The position numbers and the translations under genes are program-made. DNA of 63,142 nt from Myxococcales bacterium. GTDB taxonomy: Bacteria; Myxococcota_A; UBA9042; JABWCM01; BTVJ01. Below are positions 36,794 through 47,859 of this stretch, in pieces (positions within the stretch are counted from its first letter, which is position 1; the number at the start of each line of letters is the position of its first letter). The stretch spans positions 1 to 63,142 of the forward strand of contig BTVJ01000045.1 of assembly GCA_045863395.1 (NCBI GenBank), written 5' to 3'. The notes under the pieces were generated by a model. The model saw only the letters and a program-made list of their open reading frames with translations. It did not search any database and was not told the DNA's origin.

Positions 36794-38284
36794 GTGAACC
36801 CAGGCACTCAGGACGGCTTCCTGCCGTCGCCAACCCCCGAGCGGGGCATCTACTGCAACCGGACGCTGAACCTCCGCTCCATCCGGGCCATCGGTTACGA
36901 CATGGACTACACTCTGATCCACTACCGCATGGAGGAGTGGGAGCGGACGGCCTACGCGCACATCAAGGCGCGCCTCCTGGAGCGCGGGTGGCCCGTGGAG
37001 GGGCTGGCCTTCGACGCGGCCCTCGTCATCCGGGGGCTGGTCATCGACACGGAGCTGGGCAACCTGGTCAAGGCCAACCGCTTCGGCTACATCAAGCGGG
37101 CCTCCCACGGCACGCGCATGCTGGCGTTCGACGAGCAGCGGTCCACCTACGAGCGGGTCCTCGTGGATCTGTCCGACCGGCGCTGGATGTTCATCAACAC
37201 GCTGTTCTCCATCTCGGAGGCGTGCATCTACGCGCAGCTCGTCGATCTGCACGACCAAGGAGCGTTGCCCGACGTGGGCGGCTACGGTCCGCTCTACGAA
37301 ATGGTCCGGCGCACGCTGGACGAGGCGCACATGCTCGGCGATCTCAAGGCCGAGATCATGGCCGACCCGGAGCGCTTCATCGAGACGGACCTGGAGCTGC
37401 CGCTGGCGCTCATGGACCAGCGGGCGGCGGGCAAGAAGCTCCTGCTCGTCACGAACTCCGAGTGGGAGTACACGCGGTTCATGATGCAGTGGGCCTTCGA
37501 CCGGCTGCTCCCGGCGGGCCAGACGTGGCGGGATCTCTTCGACGTGGTCATCGTGGCGGCGCGCAAGCCGGACTTCTTCGGCACGCGCATGCCCCTGTTC
37601 GAGGTGGCCAACGAAGAGGGGCTCCTCCGCCCCGCCATCGGCGGGCTGCGCCCCGGCGGCATCTACCATGGCGGCAACGCCTCGCTGGTCGAGGCGCACC
37701 TGGGGTTGTCGGGAGAAGAGATCCTCTACGTCGGGGACCACGTGTTCGCCGACGTGCACCTCTCCAAGAGCATGCTCCGCTGGCGCACCGCCCTCATCTT
37801 GCGGGAGCTGGAGGACGAGGTCGCCGCCGTGGAGCGGTTCAGGCCCGTGCAGGACGACATCGGGCGGCTCATGGCCGAGAAGGAGGGCCTGGAGCGCCAG
37901 ATCGACGTGCTGCGCCTTGCTCTGCTACGGACGCAGCGCAAGTATGGGCCGCAGCCCAGTGGGAAGGAGTCGGACCTCCACCGGGAGGTGGCAGCGGTCC
38001 GGGCGCGGGTCGCCGAGGTGGACAGCCGCATCGCGCCGCTGGCTCAGCGGAGCGGGGAGCTCGTCAACCAGCGGTGGGGGCCGCTCCTGCGCACCGGCAA
38101 CGACAAGAGCCACCTGGCGCGTCAGATCGAGCGCTACGCGGACATCTACACGTCCAGGGTGTCCAACTTCCTCGCCCACACGCCCACCGTGTACCTGCGG
38201 TCGCCGCGTGGCAGCCTGCCTCACGATCCGGCGGTGGCCGGCCCGACTGCCGTGACGCGCGGCGGCGGGAGCCCGATGCCGTAA
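36794..38284 (+). CDS. HAD-IG family 5'-nucleotidase
   Basis: IYCNRTLNLRSIRAIGYDMDYTL, LVTNS, ARKPDFF, LYVGDHVFADV and RYADIYTSRVSN. GTG start with AAGGAG upstream. Confidence 0.93.
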   Translation: MNPGTQDGFLPSPTPERGIYCNRTLNLRSIRAIGYDMDYTLIHYRMEEWERTAYAHIKARLLERGWPVEGLAFDAALVIRGLVIDTELGNLVKANRFGYIKRASHGTRMLAFDEQRSTYERVLVDLSDRRWMFINTLFSISEACIYAQLVDLHDQGALPDVGGYGPLYEMVRRTLDEAHMLGDLKAEIMADPERFIETDLELPLALMDQRAAGKKLLLVTNSEWEYTRFMMQWAFDRLLPAGQTWRDLFDVVIVAARKPDFFGTRMPLFEVANEEGLLRPAIGGLRPGGIYHGGNASLVEAHLGLSGEEILYVGDHVFADVHLSKSMLRWRTALILRELEDEVAAVERFRPVQDDIGRLMAEKEGLERQIDVLRLALLRTQRKYGPQPSGKESDLHREVAAVRARVAEVDSRIAPLAQRSGELVNQRWGPLLRTGNDKSHLARQIERYADIYTSRVSNFLAHTPTVYLRSPRGSLPHDPAVAGPTAVTRGGGSPMP

Positions 38285-38366
38285 CGAGCGCCGCGCGTTG
38301 GGCTTTCGCCGGGCTGCACGTTGGCGTATCCTGCGACCGCCACGTTCGTAGCTCTCGGAGGTCGCA

Positions 38367-41300
38367 ATGAAGCGCAGCCGGCTGTTGTGTGTCGCTCTGT
38401 TCGCCCTCCTGGGCGCGTGCTCCGAAGGCGGCGTGCCCGGGGCAGCCAGCGAGGACGTCCAAGCAACTCCCCCCGACTCATTCAGCAACGGCAACGGCAA
38501 CGGGAGCGGTGACGTCGGCGCGACGGTCGACGTAGGCTCTTCGAGCGGCGGCGACGTCTGGACCAAGCCCGACGGCGACTACAACCCCGACGACCCGAGC
38601 CCCGGCCAGACGGGCTGGAGCTGCGAGTCCGATGCCGACTGCGAGTCGGGTCACTGCGTCGAGACGGTCCTGGGAATGAAGTGCACGGAGGAGTGCACCG
38701 AGAACTGCCCCGCCGACTGGGTGTGCAAGAACGTCGCGCTCAACCCCCAGGTGCTCTTCCTCTGCATGCCCCCCGAGCAGGATCTGTGCAAGAGCTGCAA
38801 CAGCGACACGGACTGCGGCGGCGCCAACGACCGCTGCATCGAGGTAGGAGCCAAGGGGACGTGGTGCGCGGTGAGCTGCAAGGCCGACGACGACTGCATC
38901 GCCGGGTACGCCTGCAAGCAGGTCGCGACCAACGGGGACGGAAAAGACTACCAGTGCCTCCCGAAGACCGGCTCCTGCATCTGTACGCCGGAGCTCGACG
39001 GGACGACCCGCGAGTGCCAGAAGACCAACGGGCTTGGGACCTGCTACGGGACCGAGAAGTGCGACGGCGCCAATGGGTGGGGCGGGTGTACGGCCAAGAT
39101 GGCGGCCCCCGAGGTCTGTAACGGCGAAGACGACGACTGCGACGGCCTGGCCGATGAGGGGCTGGACCCGGAGCCCTGCGAGAAGTCGACGGGGTGGGGC
39201 AAGTGCTTCGGCGAGCAGTTCTGCGCGGGGACCGCAGGGTGGAAGTGCGACGCCAAGGAGGCGACGCAAGAGCTGTGCAACGGCAAGGACGACAACTGTG
39301 ACGGTGTCACCGACGAGGGGTGGGGCCAGGTGGGCGGGACCTGCGACGGGGACGACGAGGACACCTGCGCCAACGGCACCTACGAGTGTGCCAACGACGG
39401 CATGGGGCTCATCTGCGTGGGCGACGTGCCGAAGGCCGAGAAGTGCAACGGCCTCGACGACGACTGCGACGGCTTCACGGACGAGGACTTCGCGATGCTC
39501 GCCAAGCCCTGCGACGGCCCCGACCCGGACACCTGTGCCGCTGGCCTGTTCGCCTGTACGGCGGACGGAAGCGACGTGGCCTGCGTGGGAGACGTCAACA
39601 CGGTGGAGGTCTGCGACGGGGCGGACAACGACTGTGACGGAGCCACGGACGAGGGCTTCCCGGACTTCGATGGGGACCTGGTCGCCGACTGCGTGGACCC
39701 GGACGACGACAGTGACGGTGACCCGGACGCAACGGACTGCGAGCCGAAGAACCCGGCGGTCCACGCGGGCGCGGTGGAGGTGTGCAACGGCCTCGACGAC
39801 GACTGCGACGGCGTGAAGGACCAGGGCTTCCCGGACACGGACGGCGACGGGGTGGCAGATTGCGTCGACGACGACGACGACGGGGACGGCATCAAGGACA
39901 AGGCCGACAACTGCCCGTTGGTCTCGAACCCCACCCAGGTGGACACGGACGACGATGGGCTCGGGGACGCCTGTGACGACGACGACGACAACGACGGGCT
40001 GATGGACCCCGAGGACAACTGCCCGACCGTCGTCAACGTGGACCAGCTCGACTTCGACAAGGACGGGAAGGGCGACGCCTGCGACGACGACGACGACAAC
40101 GACACCTACCTGGACACGGTGGACTGCAACCCCTTCAACGCGGCGGTGAACCCGGGCGCGTCGGAGATTTGCGACGGCCTCGACAACAACTGCAACGGCA
40201 TCGTCGACGAGGGCTCGCCGGACACGGACGGGGACGGCCTCAAGGACTGCACGGATCCCGACGACGACAACGACGGAGACCCAGACGCTTCGGACTGCGC
40301 GCCGCTCAACGATCTCATCTACCACGGCGCCTACGAGCTGTGCGACGGCAAGGACAACGACTGCGACGGGTTGACGGACGAGGGCTACCCGGACGTGGAC
40401 CAGAACGGGGTGCCCGACTGCGCGGACATCGACGACGACGGCGACGGAGATCCGGACGACACCGACTGCGCGCCCCAGAACCCGGCCATCCACCACGGCG
40501 CCAAGGAGCTGTGCGACGGGATCGACAACAACTGCAACGCGCTCGTCGACGAGGGTCACCCCGATACGGACGGCGACAAGGTCCCCGACTGCATGGACGA
40601 GGACGACGACAACGACGGCCTGCCAGATGGGGCCGACAACTGCCCGCTGATCGCCAACCCGGGCCAGTCGGACTGGGACAAGGACGGCAAGGGCGACGCC
40701 TGCGACGACGACGACGACGGCGACGGTGACCCCGACGTGACGGACTGCGCACCGCTGGACGCCTCGATCAGCACCAAGGCGGCCGAGGTCTGCAACGGCA
40801 AGGACGACAACTGCAACGGCCAGGTGGACGAGGCCGGGGCCCAGGGCTGCACGACCTGGTATCAGGACAAGGACGACGACGGCTTCGGCAGCGCGACCAA
40901 TCCGCTCTGCCTGTGCGGACCGAAGTCTCCCCACACGGCGACCAAGCCCGGTGACTGCGACGACGTGGACTCGAAGATCAATCCGCTGGCCAACGAGCAG
41001 TGCAACGGTGTCGACGACGACTGCGATGGGCAGATCGACGAGGCGGACGCGCTCGGGTGCACGAACCGCTACTTCGATGGCGACGCGGATGGGTTTGGTG
41101 TGCTGGACGATCTACAGTGCCTGTGCGCGGCGGCAGGCAAGTACCAGGCGACGGCGTTCGGAGACTGCAACGACACGAACGCTGCGGTCAATCCCGGCGC
41201 CCCGGAGCAGTGCGACGGCATCGACAACAACTGCAACGGCCAGGTCGACGAGAAGGACTCTGGAGGCTGCACCGTCTGGTACCAGGACTTCGACGCGGAC

Positions 41301-44300
41301 GGCTTCGGCGTGGGGTCGACGGCCCAGTGTCTGTGCAAGTCGTCGGGCTCACTGACGGCCTCCAAGGCCGGAGACTGCGACGACAACAACGCCCTGATCA
41401 ATCCCGCCTCCCCCGAGGTCTGCAACGGCAAGGACGACAACTGCAACGGGAGCGTGGATGAGGACGGGTCGGCCGGCTGTACCACGTGGTATCGCGACGG
41501 GGACGCAGACGGGTGGGGTGCGTCGAAGGACGCCAAGTGTCTCTGTGGCCCGACCGGGGAGTACACCTCGGCGAAGGGCGGCGACTGCGACGACTCCAAC
41601 GCCAAGGTGAACCCGGATCAGAAAGAGATCTGCAACAACGCGGACGACGACTGCGACGGCTGGGTGGACAACACGCAGGCGACGGGCTGCACCGTCTACT
41701 ATCTCGACAAGGACAATGACGGGTATGGCCTGGCTTCGGACTCCGAGTGCACCTGCGGCCCGAAGGGTGTCTACAGCGCGACCATCCCGGGGGACTGCGA
41801 CGACCTGAACCCGAGCATCCACCCGGAGGCGCCGGAGCTCTGCAACTCCACGGACGACAACTGCAACGGCATCGTCGACGAGGGCGCCAGCGACCAGTGC
41901 GTGCCGTTCTACAAGGACGCGGACGGCGATAGCTGGGGCATTGGGACGGACTTCAAGTGTCTCTGCGGCGCGTCGGGGCTCTACAAGGCCATCAAGGCCG
42001 GGGACTGCAACGACACGAACGCCTTGGTGAATCCCGGCGCCGTGGAGATCTGCGGCAACGGCCTCGACGACAACTGTGACGGCAAGCAAGATGAGCCAGA
42101 CTCCAAGGGCTGCACGGTGTTCTTCGTCGACGCGGACAAGGACAACTGGGGTGTGCCGTGGAACACCAAGTGCCTGTGCGCGGCCAACGCCCAATATTCG
42201 GCGACGGTTGGCGGAGACTGCGACGACACGCGGCCGGAGGTCAACCCAGCGGCAAAAGAGGTGTGCAACAACATCGACGACGACTGCGACGGTGTGCTGG
42301 ACACGGAGGGATCGGTCGGCTGCACCACGCGGTATCTCGACGCGGACGGCGACTCCTGGGGCAAGACCGGTGATACGAAGTGCCTCTGCGGCGTCATCGG
42401 GGCCTATACGGCCTCGAAGGGCGGCGACTGCAACGACGCGGAGCCCAACGTGTGGCCGGGCGCCGTCGAGAAGTGCAACGGCATCGACGATGACTGCGAC
42501 GGGGTGGTCGACGAGGAGGGCTCCGTCGGGTGCAGCACCTTCTTCCTCGACGCGGATGGTGACGGGTTCGGTCTCAAGACCCAGGCGAAGTGCCTGTGTG
42601 CTCCGAGCGGCGGGTACGGCGCCATCCTGGATGGCGACTGCAACGACAATGCACCGCTCGTGAATCCGGCAGCCACGGAGGTGTGTGGCGGCGGCGACGA
42701 CGACTGCGATGGGCTCGTCGACGAGGCCGGCTCGACGGGGTGCACGACCTGGTACAAGGACCTGGACGGAGACGGCTTCGGGCAGTCCAAGGACTCACAG
42801 TGTCTGTGCGCTGCGCAGGGCGACTACAAGGCCAGCGTGGGCGGCGACTGCAATGACACGAACCCGATTGTGTCGGGTGGCTCGCCCGAGACCTGCAACG
42901 GCTACGACGACGACTGCGACGGAGACATCGACGAGGCTGGCGCAGACGGATGCGTGACGTTCTACGTGGACGGAGACAAGGACGGGTACGGCGCGCCGGG
43001 CACGGGGGCCTGCGTGTGCAAGGCGACGGCGACCCTGACGACCAGCACGGCGGGCGACTGCAACGACGGGGATGCGACCGTCCACCCGGGTGCGACGGAG
43101 GACTGCAACGGCAAGGACGACAACTGCAACGGGCAGACCGACGAGGGCCAGGGTGCGCCTGCGTGCGAGAACTGGTTTGCAGACAAGGACAAGGACGGCT
43201 TCGGGGTCATCTCCGACTTCAAGTGTTACTGCGGCGCGACGGGAGACTACTCGACGAAGAGCGTGGGGGACTGCAACGACGGCAACGCAGCGGTCAGCCC
43301 CTCGGCCACGGAGAAGTGCGACGGCGTGGACAACGACTGCGACGGCCTCACGGACGAGGCCGGCGCGCAGGGCTGCCAGGCTTGGTTCCAGGACAAGGAC
43401 GCCGATGGGTACGGCAAGACCGGAGTCTCCCAGTGCCTGTGCGGCGCGTCGGGCGAGTACTCAGCGGTGCTCGCCGGTGACTGCGACGACAACGCGGCCT
43501 CGGTGAATCCGGGCGCCAAGGAGCTCTGCAACACGGTGGATGACGACTGCGACGGCGTCATCGACGAGGAGGGCTCCCTCGGGTGCGGCACATTCTTCCT
43601 GGACGTGGACGGCGACAAGTATGGCGTCACCGGGCAGACCAAGTGCCTGTGCAAGGCGACGGCGCCCTACGCGGCGCTGCAGGGCGGTGACTGCGACGAC
43701 ACCAAGGGCAACGTGAACCCAGCGGGTACCGAGGTGTGCAACGGCTACGACGACAACTGCAACGGCGCCATCGACGAGCTCAACGCGGTCGGGTGTCTGC
43801 CCTTCTACAAGGACGAGGACCAGGACGAGTATGGCGTCGCCTGGGACGCCAAGTGCGCCTGCTCCCCCTGGACCATCTACACGGCGGTGGTCACCGGAGA
43901 CTGCGACGACACGAAGGGGGCGGTGAATCCTGGCGCGGCGGAGAAGTGCAACGGCGCGGACGACGACTGTGACGGCATCGTGGACGAGGAGAACGCGGTA
44001 GGCTGCACGGCCTACATCCGCGACTTCGACAAGGACGGATACGGCAAGACGGGCGACACCCTCTGTTTATGTGCTCCCGCCGGAGTCTACACGGCGGTCT
44101 GGGGCGAGGACTGCCAGGACGACGACCCTGCGATCAACCCGGACGCCGACGAGGTCTGCAACAGCATCGACGACGACTGCGATGGCTATGTCGATGAAGG
44201 GGTTGGCGGCGGCTGCGTGCCCTTCTACTGGGACGGCGACGGCGACGGCTGGGGCAACGCCGAGGTGTGGCAGTGTCAGTGCGGCGCGGCCGGCAACTAC

Positions 44301-47300
44301 AAGGCCACCAAGAAGGGGGACTGCAACGACGTCGATGCGGACGTACACCCGGCCGCCATCGAGGCCTGCAACGGCAAGGACGACGACTGCGACGGCGTGG
44401 TGGACGAGCAGGACGCCTTCGGGTGCCAGCCTTACTACCTGGACGTGGACGTGGACGGCTTCGGTGTCGCAGGCAACTCCAAGTGCCTGTGCGCAGCCGC
44501 GGGGCAGTACTCCGCGGCCGCAGCGGGGGACTGCAACGACGCGGACAAGCTGATCAGCCCAGCGGCGACCGAGGCCTGCAACGGCAAGGACGACGACTGC
44601 GACGGTGCCGTGGACGAGCAGGATGCGACTGGCTGCACGGTCTACTTCATCGACAAGGACCAGGACGGCTTCGGGCTTGCGGGGAACAACCGCTGCCTGT
44701 GCGCGCCCGAGGCCCTCTACAGTACGACTGTGGGCGGCGACTGCGACGACACCAACTCCACCGTGAAGCCGGGAGCCCAGGAGGCCTGCAACGGCTTCGA
44801 CGACAACTGCAACGGGCAGGTCGACGAGCTGGGGGCGAGCGGGTGCGTGGTGTACTACGAGGACGCGGACAGCGACGGGTACGGGAAGGCGTCCGTGAGC
44901 CAGTGCCTGTGCTCCCCGAGCGGCAACTTCAAGACGACGCTCTTCGGAGACTGTGCCGACGCGGATGCGACCGTCTACCCAGGCGCTTCGGAGAAGTGCA
45001 ACGGCAAGGACGACAACTGCAACGGTCAGACCGATGAGCAGGACGCCGTCGGGTGCGTCGCGTATCTCCTCGACACGGACGGTGACGGGTACGGCGTCAG
45101 CGGCACGGCGAAGTGCTTCTGCGCGCCGTGGACGACGTACACCGCGACCGTCGGCGGGGACTGCGCCGACGGAGACGGCGCGGTTCACCCCGGCGCGACC
45201 GAGGTCTGCAATGGCAAGGACGACGACTGCAACGGAGTCTCCGACGACGAGAACGCCATCGCGTGCCAGACCTTCTTCCTGGACCAGGACGGCGACGGCT
45301 TCGGCAAGGACGGCGTCAGCAAGTGCCTGTGCGCAGCGACCGGTGCGTACTCCTCCAAGACGGCGTCGGACTGCAACGACACCAACGGGGCGGTCTATCC
45401 GGGCGCGCCGGAGATCTGCAACGGCGTGGACGACAACTGCAATGCCCAAATCGACGAATTGAACGCGGTCGGCTGTCTCCTCTACTACAAGGACGCCGAC
45501 GACGACGGGTATGGCCTGACGGCTGACTCCATCTGCTCCTGCAAGCCTCAGGGCCAGTATGACACCTTCCTCAAGGGAGACTGCAACGACGCGAGCGCAG
45601 CCGTCTTCCCCGGCGCCACCGAGGCCTGCAACGGCCTGGACGACGACTGCGACGGGCTCATCGACGAGGCCGGCGCGCTCGGCTGCCAGAGCTGGTACAA
45701 GGACGTGGACGCGGACGGCTGGGGCAAGGACAATGACAGCCTGTGCTTGTGTGCGCCTGACGCGCAGTACAGCAGCCTCAACAAGGGAGACTGCGACGAC
45801 ACGAACGCGAACATCAACCCGGCGAAGAAGGAGGCCTGCAACGGCTTCGACGACAACTGCGACGGGTCCGTCGACGAGCAGAACGCGCTCGGGTGCGTAG
45901 CCTGGTTCGAGGACGTGGACGGGGACGGGTACGGCAAGACCGTCTCGTCCAAGTGTCAGTGCGGCCCGGTGGGGGTCTTCTCGACGAAGCTACCCGGCGA
46001 CTGTGACGACAACGACGCCACGGTGAGCCCCGGCAAGCAGGAGGTCTGCAACGGCAAGGACACGGACTGCGACGGAATCCCGGACGACGGCTGCGACAAG
46101 GACGGCGATGGGTACTGCGACATCAACATGGTGGTCGCGTTGCCGGTCTCCTGCCCGGGCGGCCCCGGGGACTGCAACGACATGGACCAGGCCCTGCATC
46201 CAGGAGCCGTGGAGTTGTGCGACGGCATCGACAACGACTGCGATGGTCAGGTGGACGAGGGCGTGCAGTCTCCGTGCGGCGGGTGCAACGCCGTGTGTCA
46301 GTTCGGCGTGGGCCCCTTCAAGGACGGCCCGTTCGTCGGTGACGGCATGGACGGCACGAGCCTCGACCCGGACGGCAACGTCATCCTCAACACGGAGACG
46401 CTGAAGTTCCAGTACATCTGGATCTCGAACAGCGGCCAGGGCACGGTCTCCAAGCTCTCGACGACGGATGGCAAGGAGGTCGCGCGCTACAACGTGTGCA
46501 ACGACCCGTCGCGAACCGCGGTGGACAGCCAGGGCAACGGGTGGATCGCCTGCCGCGGCGACGGCGCCGTGGTCAAGATCGCCTTCTCCGAGATCGACTG
46601 CATCGACAAGAACAGCAACGGCACCATCGAGACCTCACGCGATGTCAACGGCAACGGCAAGATCGAGGGCAACGAGATGCTTGCCGCGAACACCGACGAG
46701 TGCGTGCTCTTCAAGGTGGCGCCGGACGGGTCAGGCGGGCTTGCGCGCGCCTTGGGCATCGACTGGGAGGACAACGCCTGGGTCGGCATGTGGAACACGA
46801 AGCGCCTGTGGCGAATCCACCGGAAGACCGGCCAGGTGCTGCAGAAGATCGACGTGTCGCACCGGCCCTACGGCATCGCCATCGCCAAGAACGGCCTGAT
46901 CTGGACGTCGTCGCGAGACCTGATGCGGCTGAGCCGACTCGACCCGACGGGCGTGCTCCCCGAGGCGGTCTACGCTCCTCCTTCTTGCCAGGGGTCCTAT
47001 GGCCTCGCCATCGACGAGAAGGGGCGCATCTGGATTGCCAACTATGACTGCAGCCAGGTGAACCGCTTCGACCCGGCTACTGGAGCGTGGGTCGCCGTTG
47101 CGGCCGCAAACCGCCCACGTGGCGTCGCAGCGGACGGGAAGGGGAACATCTTCGTGGCGCTGGACGCCTCGAACACCGTGATCAAGCTCAACTCGGAGAC
47201 GGCGGCCATCACGGGCAGCCTCAACCTGGGTGCCAACCGGTTCCCCATCGGCATGGCCGTGGACTTCGACTCCAATGTGTGGGCGGTCAATTACACGTCT

Positions 47301-47741
47301 TCTTCTGCGACGAAGATCAACCCGGCGAACATGACCCCCATCTTCGAGACGGCGACGGGCGCGAACCCCTACACCTACAGCGACATGACCGGGTTTGCGC
47401 TGAAGACGGTGGTGGCGCCGCTCGGCTACTACCGGCACATCTTCGAGGGCTGGGCCGGCGCCCAGACCCAGTGGCAGCAGATCACCGCCGACTTCGTGGC
47501 TCCGACGGGGACCGCCATCGAGGTCCGCTTCCGGGCGGCCAACACCCTGGCCGCCCTGTCGGCCGCAGCCTGGAGCACAACGAAGGGGCCCTTCCCCCCC
47601 GCATCGATGCCCATCAATCTGGCCCAGGACGGCACCATGCTCGGCCGGTTCGTGGAGGTCGAGGTCAAGCTGATCAGCAATGCTCCCGGCGTGAGCCCGG
47701 TCCTGAAGAGCCTGAGCATGGTGGCGAGCCTGGCGCAGTAG
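38367..47741 (+). CDS. Giant (3124 aa) Cys/Asp-rich repeat lipoprotein with thrombospondin-type-3-like and MopE-like repeats and a C-terminal beta-propeller
   Basis: Lipobox LGAC; E.CNG.DDDCDG..DE units; DNCP...NP.Q.D.D.DG.GDACD units; C-terminal IWISNSGQGTVSK...SRTAVD...PYTYSDMTG. Confidence 0.92.
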   Translation: MKRSRLLCVALFALLGACSEGGVPGAASEDVQATPPDSFSNGNGNGSGDVGATVDVGSSSGGDVWTKPDGDYNPDDPSPGQTGWSCESDADCESGHCVETVLGMKCTEECTENCPADWVCKNVALNPQVLFLCMPPEQDLCKSCNSDTDCGGANDRCIEVGAKGTWCAVSCKADDDCIAGYACKQVATNGDGKDYQCLPKTGSCICTPELDGTTRECQKTNGLGTCYGTEKCDGANGWGGCTAKMAAPEVCNGEDDDCDGLADEGLDPEPCEKSTGWGKCFGEQFCAGTAGWKCDAKEATQELCNGKDDNCDGVTDEGWGQVGGTCDGDDEDTCANGTYECANDGMGLICVGDVPKAEKCNGLDDDCDGFTDEDFAMLAKPCDGPDPDTCAAGLFACTADGSDVACVGDVNTVEVCDGADNDCDGATDEGFPDFDGDLVADCVDPDDDSDGDPDATDCEPKNPAVHAGAVEVCNGLDDDCDGVKDQGFPDTDGDGVADCVDDDDDGDGIKDKADNCPLVSNPTQVDTDDDGLGDACDDDDDNDGLMDPEDNCPTVVNVDQLDFDKDGKGDACDDDDDNDTYLDTVDCNPFNAAVNPGASEICDGLDNNCNGIVDEGSPDTDGDGLKDCTDPDDDNDGDPDASDCAPLNDLIYHGAYELCDGKDNDCDGLTDEGYPDVDQNGVPDCADIDDDGDGDPDDTDCAPQNPAIHHGAKELCDGIDNNCNALVDEGHPDTDGDKVPDCMDEDDDNDGLPDGADNCPLIANPGQSDWDKDGKGDACDDDDDGDGDPDVTDCAPLDASISTKAAEVCNGKDDNCNGQVDEAGAQGCTTWYQDKDDDGFGSATNPLCLCGPKSPHTATKPGDCDDVDSKINPLANEQCNGVDDDCDGQIDEADALGCTNRYFDGDADGFGVLDDLQCLCAAAGKYQATAFGDCNDTNAAVNPGAPEQCDGIDNNCNGQVDEKDSGGCTVWYQDFDADGFGVGSTAQCLCKSSGSLTASKAGDCDDNNALINPASPEVCNGKDDNCNGSVDEDGSAGCTTWYRDGDADGWGASKDAKCLCGPTGEYTSAKGGDCDDSNAKVNPDQKEICNNADDDCDGWVDNTQATGCTVYYLDKDNDGYGLASDSECTCGPKGVYSATIPGDCDDLNPSIHPEAPELCNSTDDNCNGIVDEGASDQCVPFYKDADGDSWGIGTDFKCLCGASGLYKAIKAGDCNDTNALVNPGAVEICGNGLDDNCDGKQDEPDSKGCTVFFVDADKDNWGVPWNTKCLCAANAQYSATVGGDCDDTRPEVNPAAKEVCNNIDDDCDGVLDTEGSVGCTTRYLDADGDSWGKTGDTKCLCGVIGAYTASKGGDCNDAEPNVWPGAVEKCNGIDDDCDGVVDEEGSVGCSTFFLDADGDGFGLKTQAKCLCAPSGGYGAILDGDCNDNAPLVNPAATEVCGGGDDDCDGLVDEAGSTGCTTWYKDLDGDGFGQSKDSQCLCAAQGDYKASVGGDCNDTNPIVSGGSPETCNGYDDDCDGDIDEAGADGCVTFYVDGDKDGYGAPGTGACVCKATATLTTSTAGDCNDGDATVHPGATEDCNGKDDNCNGQTDEGQGAPACENWFADKDKDGFGVISDFKCYCGATGDYSTKSVGDCNDGNAAVSPSATEKCDGVDNDCDGLTDEAGAQGCQAWFQDKDADGYGKTGVSQCLCGASGEYSAVLAGDCDDNAASVNPGAKELCNTVDDDCDGVIDEEGSLGCGTFFLDVDGDKYGVTGQTKCLCKATAPYAALQGGDCDDTKGNVNPAGTEVCNGYDDNCNGAIDELNAVGCLPFYKDEDQDEYGVAWDAKCACSPWTIYTAVVTGDCDDTKGAVNPGAAEKCNGADDDCDGIVDEENAVGCTAYIRDFDKDGYGKTGDTLCLCAPAGVYTAVWGEDCQDDDPAINPDADEVCNSIDDDCDGYVDEGVGGGCVPFYWDGDGDGWGNAEVWQCQCGAAGNYKATKKGDCNDVDADVHPAAIEACNGKDDDCDGVVDEQDAFGCQPYYLDVDVDGFGVAGNSKCLCAAAGQYSAAAAGDCNDADKLISPAATEACNGKDDDCDGAVDEQDATGCTVYFIDKDQDGFGLAGNNRCLCAPEALYSTTVGGDCDDTNSTVKPGAQEACNGFDDNCNGQVDELGASGCVVYYEDADSDGYGKASVSQCLCSPSGNFKTTLFGDCADADATVYPGASEKCNGKDDNCNGQTDEQDAVGCVAYLLDTDGDGYGVSGTAKCFCAPWTTYTATVGGDCADGDGAVHPGATEVCNGKDDDCNGVSDDENAIACQTFFLDQDGDGFGKDGVSKCLCAATGAYSSKTASDCNDTNGAVYPGAPEICNGVDDNCNAQIDELNAVGCLLYYKDADDDGYGLTADSICSCKPQGQYDTFLKGDCNDASAAVFPGATEACNGLDDDCDGLIDEAGALGCQSWYKDVDADGWGKDNDSLCLCAPDAQYSSLNKGDCDDTNANINPAKKEACNGFDDNCDGSVDEQNALGCVAWFEDVDGDGYGKTVSSKCQCGPVGVFSTKLPGDCDDNDATVSPGKQEVCNGKDTDCDGIPDDGCDKDGDGYCDINMVVALPVSCPGGPGDCNDMDQALHPGAVELCDGIDNDCDGQVDEGVQSPCGGCNAVCQFGVGPFKDGPFVGDGMDGTSLDPDGNVILNTETLKFQYIWISNSGQGTVSKLSTTDGKEVARYNVCNDPSRTAVDSQGNGWIACRGDGAVVKIAFSEIDCIDKNSNGTIETSRDVNGNGKIEGNEMLAANTDECVLFKVAPDGSGGLARALGIDWEDNAWVGMWNTKRLWRIHRKTGQVLQKIDVSHRPYGIAIAKNGLIWTSSRDLMRLSRLDPTGVLPEAVYAPPSCQGSYGLAIDEKGRIWIANYDCSQVNRFDPATGAWVAVAAANRPRGVAADGKGNIFVALDASNTVIKLNSETAAITGSLNLGANRFPIGMAVDFDSNVWAVNYTSSSATKINPANMTPIFETATGANPYTYSDMTGFALKTVVAPLGYYRHIFEGWAGAQTQWQQITADFVAPTGTAIEVRFRAANTLAALSAAAWSTTKGPFPPASMPINLAQDGTMLGRFVEVEVKLISNAPGVSPVLKSLSMVASLAQ
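40830..46080 (+). repeat. About 25 degenerate 210-bp (70-aa) coding repeats
   Basis: Counted 25 units of GC..(W/F/Y)(Y/F).D.D.DG(F/Y/W)G...C.C......GDC.D....NP...E.CNG.DD.C.G..DE at about 210-bp spacing. Boundaries are approximate. Confidence 0.9.
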
Positions 47742-47859
47742 GGGGGGCTCGGCCCGTCACGGCCTCCGCACGGAATTGGAGGCTCGCCTCGAGGCGTCGA
47801 GGGAGGCGGGCACCCCGCGCTGCGGTGCCGGACGCACCGTCTGGCACCGCGCCGAGATC

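Noticed and set aside
34423..38370. 1315-aa plus-strand ORF and other long antisense or alternate-frame ORFs (e.g. 38478-40934, 54743-57172)
   Set aside because: Typical stop-poor shadow frames in high-GC DNA lying over genes with clear family motifs; no motifs of their own.
40830..46080. Regularly spaced repeats considered as a CRISPR-like array
   Set aside because: They are degenerate, in-frame 210-bp protein repeats with no identical repeat/unique spacer structure and no cas genes.
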